Assembly (NCBI GenBank): GCA_951406725.2
Contig: OX597817.1
Span: 114,452,001 to 114,516,000, forward strand
DNA length: 64,000 nucleotides
Reading direction: 5' to 3'
From: Octopus vulgaris
Taxonomy: Eukaryota
The notes beneath the pieces were generated by a model. The model made no database searches and was not told the DNA's origin. It saw only the letters and a list, made by a program, of their open reading frames with translations. The position numbers and the translations under genes were made by a program. This document shows positions 54,619-64,000 of the stretch, piece by piece (position 1 is the first letter of the stretch; each line of letters opens with the position of its first letter).

Positions 54619-55758
54619 TAGTAGTAGTAGTAGTAGTAGTAGTAGTAGCAAGCTTAGTCAACCAATACATTCACAGGAAAAGAAAGGAGGAGGTAAAAAA
54701 AATGGAAATTGAAAAAGAAACTTAACCACCTCTCTAAATAGATAAATAAATAAATAAAGTAAATAAATAAATACGATTGCTGTTTCTAAGCTGTTTTCAG
54801 ATATGGTTACTCACTCACAACTCAATTGTTTAAATAATCTCTTCAGCTTGAAAAATGCATTTATTTTCCCAACAGTCCTTACATGAAGTGTGAAGAGAAA
54901 AAGTTATTAAAAAACACAAACAGAAAGGAATGTATGGGAAATTGAAAAACAAATGGGAGGAAAATGTTAAATGAAAGAAAGAAGACTCCTAGAAAAAACT
55001 GAAATTAATTCCAATGAACTGTGGTGATATTATGGCATGATTAACTTATTTAAATCTATGTACAAAGCTTCACCATTTTTATTTAATTCTTCTTTTAAAA
55101 TTTCAGTTTACATTTTGCCATTCATGTTAATTATTTTGGACACAAGGATTGGATATCTGATGTGAAAATGCCAAGAATCTTGCCTTGATAGAAACGTAAT
55201 CATCAACATGGGAGTAGAAATATTCAGCATCAATTTAAAGTCCTTGAACAATTTTAAATTGGAAATTTTTCCAATTTTTTATTCAGTATATGATGGAGTT
55301 AATCTTTAAAGTACATTTACAAGCCTATTGCATCTATTTTGTCATTACCAATCAAAGGATTTCTCATAATTGTTTATTAATTTAAAAAGAAATTAATTAT
55401 TACTTCCACTTTATTTCATGAGTATATGCTAAATCTACTGTTAATTGAAGTAAATAAACATTTTACAGATAACATGCTGGATAAGATGTCTAATTTGATT
55501 TAGGGTATAATTACTGAAAATCTGCTGCACGATATATTTCCAAAATTTCAGAATCACATCTTGGTTTGTGGATTTATTTAAAAATATATAAAGCAGGTTT
55601 GGCTATATGGTAAGAAGTTTGCTTACCAACCACATGGTTCTGGGTTCAGTCCCACTATATGACACCTTGAACAAGTGTCTTCTACTCTAGCCTTAGGCTG
55701 ACCAAAGCTTTGTGTGTGGATTTGGCATACGGAGACTGAAAGAAGCTCATTGTATTTA

Positions 55759-55963
55759 CAAGGGGTTGCTGCTTTAAGGGTATCTCGAAAGGCCTTGTTG
55801 GAGGCCCAACCTTCTGAGTTCTTTGACAGGGTTTAGAAAAATGAAGGACCACTACAATAGGTGTGTGAATCTGAGAAGGGATTATGTTGAATCAAATCAA
55901 TAACTAATTGATCCTCCTGTATTTTTTTTTACCCAAAACCAGGACTTTTCCAGCACCCCCTTG
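55759..55963 (+). mobile_element. Internally deleted mariner (MITE) inserted in a family A SINE (55592-56172)
   Basis: Termini caaggggttgctg...cagcacccccttg; residual transposase end (CVNLRRDYVE). Confidence 0.6.
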
Positions 55964-56266
55964 TGTGTGTGTGTCTGTATCTTCCCCTTCCCATGTACCA
56001 CTTGACAATGAGTGATGATGTGTTTACATCCCTGGCTCAGTAAAAGAGACTGATAGAATAAGTAGCAGGCTTAAGAAAGAAAAGAAAAATTAGTACTGAG
56101 GTCGATACATTTGATTAAAAGTTCTTCTAGGTGGTGCTCCAGTCTAGTGACTGGAACAAGTAAAAGATAAGAGTGTCTCACTTATCTTCCCCACAGATGA
56201 ATTCTATCATATAAAGAACCAAAATCATACAAATTTAAAATCATGCAAAGACTTTATAATTGTTCT

Positions 56267-56574
56267 TTTATATGCCCTTTCTAAACCTAACCAGGCTCAT
56301 GGGCCCGGTTTCCCAGTTTCTATGGTGTATGTGTTCCTCCCAGCTGGACGGGACGCCAGTCCATCACAGCGTTACTCAAGAAACAGGAAGAAAGGGTGAG
56401 AGAAAGTTGGGGCAAAAAAGTACAACAGGGGTTGCCACCACCCCCTGCCGGAGCCTTGTGGAGCTTTAGGTGTTTTCACTCAATCAACACATGCAACGCC
56501 TGGTCTGGGAATTGAAACCGTGATCCTCCGTCTGCAAGTCCACTGCCCTAACCACTGGGCTATTGCGCCTCCAC
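56267..56574 (-). mobile_element. tRNA-derived SINE with V-like domain; TSD tataattgttct
   Basis: Direct repeats at 56255-56266 and 56575-56586; gatggactggcgtcccgtccag domain. Confidence 0.8.
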
Positions 56575-57624
56575 TATAATTGTTCTATAGACCACAAAAC
56601 CTGGGTGTAAAAAAAAAACAAAAAAAACAAACAAGATACTACACCTTCATGATGTTATGGAAGCATTTCTTTCCTAGAAGTCTTAGTGTGATGTGGAATT
56701 CTATTATGTGAAACCTATTTTGCATTGATTTCCATGCTGTATAAAAATCAATGAATGACATTTGTAGGAATACAATGTTTCTGTAGCATAGGTAATACCT
56801 GTATAGGGAAATTAATACAATATATTCATTGATATCAGTATAAGGCTGTGGAAATTATACACGACTGTAGTTATTAAAAAATATCACTTTACATTATATT
56901 TCCATATTTTCTCACAATTAGTTGTTTGTACATGACAAATGTACATAACTGCAGTTGGAAAATGTTTTTATATTATTTATATTTCCACTCTTTCACCCAA
57001 TAAGTCATTTGCATAGAGGAGTTGCAGTGGATAACCAGTCTTAAACTCTAATCTTTCTTGGCATCTCACTTAGCTTTTAAACCTCTCTCTAGTGTATCTT
57101 TCCATCACCATATCACCTTCCATCTGGTTGGAACCTTGAACCATTTACAGATTTGGTCTGTGTCTCTCAAAGAATTGTCTTGGAGAAACTCTATTATTTT
57201 CTGTTATAAGTCTCTATCTCCTTCTTGTCATTGAACCTAAATCTTGGCAAGAGATCTTTCAGCTTTCATATTTTCCTTCTCTAGATTCACCTTCATTCTT
57301 TCCATCAAGTCTACAGGTGAAAACTAGATAGCTTTTGCTCCCGTGTTCACCTGAATGAGTAGTGGTCTGGTAGGTGGTCTATTTTGAAAAGGCCAAGTAA
57401 CCAGAATGCTTTGGAAATTGTTGGAATAATAAAAAAAAAATATTTCTATTATATGCTCTATATATTGCTTCTAGTGACTCCTTTATTTCAATTGTGGATG
57501 CACTTCTTATGATTAGGTGTATGTGTATGAATACCTATGTATATATTTATATTGGTATGTGTGTGTGTATGTGTATGTGCATATATGTGTATATATATAT
57601 ATGTGTGTGTATACATATATATAT

Positions 57625-57694
57625 GTAATTATTTTGATTGATTTGTAAGTTCATGTATGCACAATCATACATACATACATGTGTGTGTGTGTGC

Positions 57695-57757
<63 letters not shown>

Positions 57758-57822
57758 CACACACACATGTATGTATGTGTGATTGTACATACATGAACTT
57801 ACAAATCAATCAAAATAATTAC
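57625..57822. repeat. Local palindrome with ~60-65-bp arms around a microsatellite loop
   Basis: gtaattattttgattgatttgtaagttcatgtatg... is the reverse complement of ...catacatgaacttacaaatcaatcaaaataattac. Confidence 0.9.
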
Positions 57823-58071
57823 TTTATTTGTACTTGGTGATTTCCCTATTTCGTTGCAAATTTTTTCCTTCAGATTAGCTCACTCTTTGTTTGATCACCT
57901 GATGTTTCAATGCAAATTTTTTTTTTGATATTGTAATTTTTTTCTAATGCCTGCCTTCCTATTCCCTGATAATAATGACTGATTTTAAGGCTAATTCACT
58001 ACTGAACGTGATATTCCTACTCTAAATCAAATCGCATGAATGTATGTGTGTATGGCATGTAAGTGATAGTG

Positions 58072-58121
<50 letters not shown>

Positions 58122-59192
58122 ATAAATAAGGAGAGAGAGGAGAGGAGGCAGAGGTGGAGGAAAGATACAAATGTTGTTAATCAGTACAACTTTAGTTCTC
58201 CTACATATTGGAGTGCACAATAACTCAACAGGTAATTAGTGCTATGACTTTATGTCTATATTTATTAAATAGCTGGGAAGAATAAGAGTTAAATGTACCA
58301 CTAAAGAAAATATGAAACGCTTACTACATGTTGCTTCAAGAAACCTCTAGGTGTCTCACTGACTGACCATCTTCTCAGCTGCTTTTGAAGTAAGGACATT
58401 GGGTTGATTAACCACTCAGTATTCAATTATATTTTATATGCTGGCCACTGATAAAATTTTTAATGATTTTATCTTTTATTATTATAATTGAATATTTTCC
58501 ATTCACTTTAGGACAGTTTAGTTACTTCCATACTATTCTGACCAAATACACATGTGTTGAAATAGACTATGAAATTCCATATATCTGTGGTATTTATGTA
58601 TAATTGCAGCTTTGTGTTTGTTTTTCTGTGGGTATGTATAAATGTCTCATTTATTTCCCTCAGTTTGCTTTGCTGAGGAGGAAAAGTCATTAGACTAATC
58701 CAGAAATTGATCAATCCAAGGCTATCTGAATTATTTTATGAATTTCTCTCAGCCTACTCCCTCGCTTTCAACATGTGTGTATTATAAGTGATTTAAAGTA
58801 GTTTGATGATTTAGCATCTATTTTCAGCATATAGGTATAGTGCCCTCTGTGCCCTTAATTATAATTGTATTTTATACTATTATAAATCTCTCTCTCTCTC
58901 TCTGTATATATATACATATATATTTATATATATATATATATATATGTATATAAATTCCTACTAACTTCCTACACTTGGATCCTTGGATCTTACCTTTACA
59001 TATATATATATATACGTTTATATATTTGTTTCGCAAGATTTTTGATGTGAAGATGTGTGTTGAAACAGATATTGTTGTATTTAGGAATGGTCATTTTGCC
59101 AGTTTAGCCAATAAAAACACACACACTATATATTTGGTCTTACTTTGCTTCAGTGTTACGTATTTTTTACATTAATCTTAATCTTATTTTGG

Positions 59193-59232
59193 CCAGAGAT
59201 CTTTCGTCACACTCCTGTGACCACATCAGTGG
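59193..59232 (-). ncRNA. Minimal Penelope-type hammerhead motif (one core substitution) within repeat 59025-59280
   Basis: cca-CTGATGT-G-gtcac-aggagt-gtgac-GAA-AGATCT-C-tgg. Confidence 0.55.
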
Positions 59233-59312
59233 TCCTTTGCTTTCTTCTTTCTTATTTGTGTGTCTCTCCTTACTAACTGTCAGTTATTATATATATATAA
59301 TTTCAAGATTAA

Positions 59313-59533
59313 CCCTTTAGCATTTAATCCGGCCATATTTGGCCAAAAGTATTCTGCCTGTTTTATGTTCAAACTGGCCAGATCTGGTCTCTCACACCAA
59401 CCCTACAATATCATTTTAAAAATTAACAGGTACCTCATCAAAATCTCATAGCTGCAAGATAATGCATGATTAGTTCAAAACCATGTGGATAAAAAAGGAT
59501 TAATTTTGGCAGAATAATGCGAACACTAAAGGG
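59313..59533. mobile_element. TTAA-flanked piggyBac-like MITE
   Basis: TTAA-ccctttagcatt...aacactaaaggg-TTAA; relatives at about 8670-8892, 18035-19293 (split) and 35979-36354. Confidence 0.75.
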
Positions 59534-59769
59534 TTAATGCAAAAAATGATTTTATATGAGACTTCGCCAATAAATAGACAAATGTTGAAAAAAAAATGGT
59601 GATTTTAACTCACACCATTCGATTATCAAATATTCATAATTCAAATAAATAAATAAAATTGAATATTAAGTATTTATGGAATTTTGATTTACTGACTGGT
59701 GACTTTTGGCCAACCCTGTAAATATATATATATATATATATACATACACACATATATATATATATTTAT

Positions 59770-60145
59770 ATTCTTTTGTTTGTTTCAGTCATTTTCCTGC
59801 AGCCATACTGGAGCACTGCCTTCAGTAAAACAAATCAACCCCAGGACTTATTCTTTGTAATCTTAGTACTTATTCTATCAGTCTCTTTAGCCAAACTGCT
59901 AAGTTATGGGGATGTAAACAGACCAACAGCAGTTGTCAATTGATTATTAGGTGACAAATATAGACACACAAACACACACAGACACAGACACACACACACA
60001 CGACAGGCTACTTTCAATTTCCATCTACCAAATCTACTCACAGACTTTTGGTTGGCCTGAGGCTTTAGTAGAAAAGTGCCATGCAGTGGGATGAGAACCT
60101 GGAACCGTGTAGTTGGTAAGCAGGCTACTTACCACACAGCCACAG
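59770..60145 (-). mobile_element. SINE family A copy
   Basis: Reverse complement of family A. Confidence 0.75.
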
Positions 60146-63100
60146 TCGTTGGACTGTTGCTATACTGGGGAGATTACCTTGAAAAGTTTTGTCACATATT
60201 CTAGAAGTTTTTATTTGACTAAACCACTAAGATGATATGGTATAAGCAGACTAGCACTGGTTGTGAAGCAGTAAGAGATAAATACAAACACACTCATACA
60301 CACACACACACACACACCTGCATATTCATGTACACATGCATAGAGACACCCACTCACATGATGGGCTTCTGCATAGTTTCCCCTCTACCAAATTCACTTA
60401 CAAGCCATTGGTTGGCTTCAGGCTATAATACTAGACACTTGCTCAAAGTGTCACACTGTGGGACTGAAACTGAAATCATGTGGCTATGAAGTGAACTGCT
60501 TAACAACACAGCTCTGCCTGCTGCTATGTGTATATACGTACACACACACACACGCACATGCATATAACCATGCTTGTGCGTGTGCACACACACATACATA
60601 GATTAGTGCGTATGAGCACATATGTAGACATACACACATGCATGTATATGTGGATAGATACAAGCATGCATACACATACATACATATGTATACATATATA
60701 TACATATATACATATATATACATACATATATACATATATATACATATATACATACATGCATACATACATACATATATACATACATACATACATACATACA
60801 TACATACGTACATGCATGCATACATACATACATACAAACCTACATACACACATACATACATATATACATACATACATACATACATACATACATACATACA
60901 TACATACATACATACATACATACATACATACATACATACATGAGCAACAATGATCCTTTCAAAACTTACTTGCAAAGAAAGTGGAACAATGATGATGATA
61001 ATGACCACGATGATGATGATGGTGGTGGTGGTAACAACATGCATGCACATACATACATATGCATTACACATACACACATGCATGTCTGTGCAAGCACACA
61101 CACACGCAACTGCTTCAAATATAGATTTCAGATAATATATGTGTGTGCATGTCTGTGTGTGTGTGTGTTGTTTTGCTGCTAAGTATTTTTACAATGACAA
61201 CTTTTTCCCATTAACAGATATTAGTAAAGTATTTTCTAATATATTATTCCCAGTGTCACGTTACTGAAGACTGCCTCTTTGGATTACCTGGTGGCATATT
61301 TCTTACAACAAGTTCCGTAAAGTCTCCGTACATCTCTCTTTTTCTTTGTTTACTTTCTGTCTTCACATCTTCTGACTCCACTAAGATAATTATTTACTGA
61401 TTAGCAGACATATATGTTGTTGTCTTTACTGTGTTCCAGACCTAATTTCTTTGAAGTACCTCATAATAATGATTATGATGACGTTGATGATGTTAGTAGG
61501 ATTTCTGTAGACAATGCTGAGAATCTAGCTGAACAGACATCATCAAGTAGCTGTGTCATTTACTCTGTTGCCTTTAGCCGTATTCCCAGTAATATTATCT
61601 TGTATTATGGCACTGAAACAGAAAGAATTGTGTGTCATTCTGTGTGACTGTTGAAACTTGTATATTCAGTAGGTGTTGAAATTTCTTTAAAAGTCAAATC
61701 GGTCCCAGCTTTGATCTCACAATACAGCACATTGTGGAAGTGTTTCCTCTGGTAAACTTCAGGTGACACTCAACATCGTCGTCGTTGTCGTCGGCGGCGG
61801 CGTCGTCATCATAATCATCATCAAGCATTTGTTTTCCATGCTGGCATGGGCTAGACAGTTTGACTTGGACTGATAATCTGGAGAACTGCCTCATGTTCCA
61901 GTCTGTTTTAGTTTGGTTTCTCCAGCTGAATGCGCTTCCTAATGCCAATCACTCCAAGAGTCTAGGGGGTACCTTTTACATGTCACCAGCATGGGTGCCT
62001 TTTACATGTCACTGGTGTGAGTGCCTTCTTTGTGTCTCTGGCATTGGCCACAACTATGATTGCACTTGACTTGGTGTGTCTTCTCAAGTACAACACATTG
62101 CCAAAGATCTCAATCACTTGTCATCACCCCTGTAAGACTCAACATCTAAAGATGAGTGAAATTATGTGGTTGGAAACTGTGTGGAAGCCCATCTGATGAA
62201 CTGGTAATTCATGGTTTGTACTCCCTTATCTTAATAAGTCTCAGAAAGATTATGAACACTGTGCATCTACTGGCTACATCATAAAATACTATTGTGAAGG
62301 CTAGTTAATAACAATGGTACATGACATTCACTTATATTCTCAATTCAAACCTCACCATGTTCTAGTGCTTTTGTCAACCTTCTGGAGTTGACAAAATAAG
62401 TCTCAGTCAGGGCCAGATTAGACTTAGTGGCCCATATTGACCTATTCATAAGTCTGACTCTGGGGCCTGTCAAGTACTAAGATCTAGAAAGTCGCTGTCC
62501 TCCAATTTCAGATTTGCTTCCCTTATAGTAAAGAGTGAAATCGCACTGCAGATTTTGGTTTTACTCTTTTCCATTCATTTTGCTATGTTTTTATGGATAG
62601 AATATTCTGAAACAGCAATCCTGCTTCTGGTTTTCCTCCTAATGCAGCAAATGTGGAGCATATTTTTTGTGAGTTATATAGTTTATAGCCAAAAAAAAAA
62701 AAAAAAAAAAAAAATATTTTGCACCTTGCAAGATGCAGAATGTGATTGTTTTGTAAGATATGAGCTTACAACCATATCGTCAGTAGACTAGCACCATAAC
62801 CTCACATCTACCACATAACCACACACACACACACGCACACACACACATACATACATACATACATACATACATACATACATACATTGTGTGTATGGTATCT
62901 GTGTAGGTTAATACTATGATACATTGAATGACATTGGAATACTGTGACATACTGTAGTATGATCAAAGTAATTATTGACTACAATTTTCTGTATGATTGT
63001 AGATCCTTGCAATTCTCTGTGTGAAATTTTGTAGCATATCATACAGCTAGGGCATATATAAAGTGTGACATAATGATATCCAGTTTCATTTCCTTATAGT

Positions 63101-63328
63101 AAAATTCAGTGTTTGCCAGTTAAACAGTCTATACATATCCATGTCAGATTGTATGGCAACATACTTCTGTAATATATTGTATGACAAAAAGATATCCAGC
63201 TTCCTTTCTTGAGAGTATATTATTGCAGTATATGGTAACATTCAATGTTTTGTAGAAAAATACTCTATACATACCCATATCAGACTGCATAGCAATATAC
63301 ATCTATGGTACATAGTGTGACATATATA

Positions 63329-63585
63329 AAAAAAATAAATGCACCCTTTTAAAGCCTAGCCAGGCTCATGAGCCTGTTTTCCCAGTTTCAATGGCATATG
63401 TGTTCAACAGCTGACAGGATGCTAGTCCATCCAGCGTTACTCATTTTTGCCAGCTGAGTGGACTGGAACAATGTGAAATGAAGTGTTTTGCTCAAGAACA
63501 CAACGCGTTGCCGGGTTCAGGAATTGAAACCACAATCTTACGATCATGATGCTGACACCCTAACCACTAAGCCATGTGCCTCCAC
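63329..63585 (-). mobile_element. SINE family C with V-like domain; 15-bp TSD agtgtgacatatata
   Basis: Direct repeats at 63314-63328 and 63586-63600. Confidence 0.8.
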
Positions 63586-63643
63586 AGTGTGACATATATA
63601 TCCTGCCCTATTTCTAGAGAGTATATTATTGCTGTATGCAGTT

Positions 63644-64000
63644 TAAGGCGGCGAGCTGGCAGAAATGTTAGCACGCCGAGCGAAATGCGTAGCCATATTT
63701 CGTCTGCCGTTGCATTCTGGGTTGGTTCAAATTCCGCTGAGGTCGACTTTGACTTTCATCCTTTTAGGGTCGATAAATTAAGTACCAGTTATGCACTGGG
63801 GTCAATATAATTGCCTTAATCCATTTGTCTATCCTTGTTTGTCCCCTCTGTGTTTAGCCCCTTGTGGGTAGTAAAGAATAAGGTATTTTGTGTCTTTACA
63901 TTCTGAGTTCAAATTCCACCGAGGTCAACTTTGCCTTTCATCCTTTCGGGGTCGATAAATAAAGTACCAGTTACGCACTGGGGTTGATGTAATCGACTTA
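63644..64000 (+). mobile_element. SINE family B with tandem 3' duplication, runs off the window end
   Basis: Head followed by two Meta-domain copies. Confidence 0.8.

Noticed and set aside
61414-61647. Possible exon after a ttccag acceptor-like site (77-aa ORF)
   Set aside because: No recognisable protein similarity or supporting neighbouring exons; would need RNA-seq
62408-62469. Short imperfect hairpin resembling a pre-miRNA
   Set aside because: Sits inside a decayed family B SINE and looks like a collapsed MITE; no evidence of processing

Overview
AT-rich, microsatellite-dense eukaryotic DNA. The SINE and microsatellite repertoire suggests an Octopus (coleoid cephalopod) genome; this is an inference. 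I found no intact protein-coding gene or supportable exon, so the window reads as intergenic or intronic. It is filled with tRNA-derived SINEs of three kinds, RTE-like tails, TTAA and TA MITEs, a non-autonomous Helitron, and decayed mariner, Tx1/L1, CR1-like, R4/Dong and Penelope (GIY-YIG) fragments. The standout is at 46486-48209: a young, CpG-rich 360-bp unit present as about 3.8 head-to-tail copies plus one inverted, monomer-length copy, inserted in a (TA)n tract. Each unit carries a type I hammerhead ribozyme fold (core CCGACGA...GAAA, palindromic stem III, GUC cleavage site) at the tip of a long rod-like stem. This is a candidate cephalopod non-LTR retrozyme (circular RNA element). Other minimal Penelope-type hammerhead repeats occur at about 10.1, 20.6, 49.2-49.4 and 59.2 kb. 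A long old inverted duplication (about 39.0-39.66 kb versus 41.44-42.07 kb) has a 64-bp near-identical core. Most TE boundaries are approximate and read by eye.
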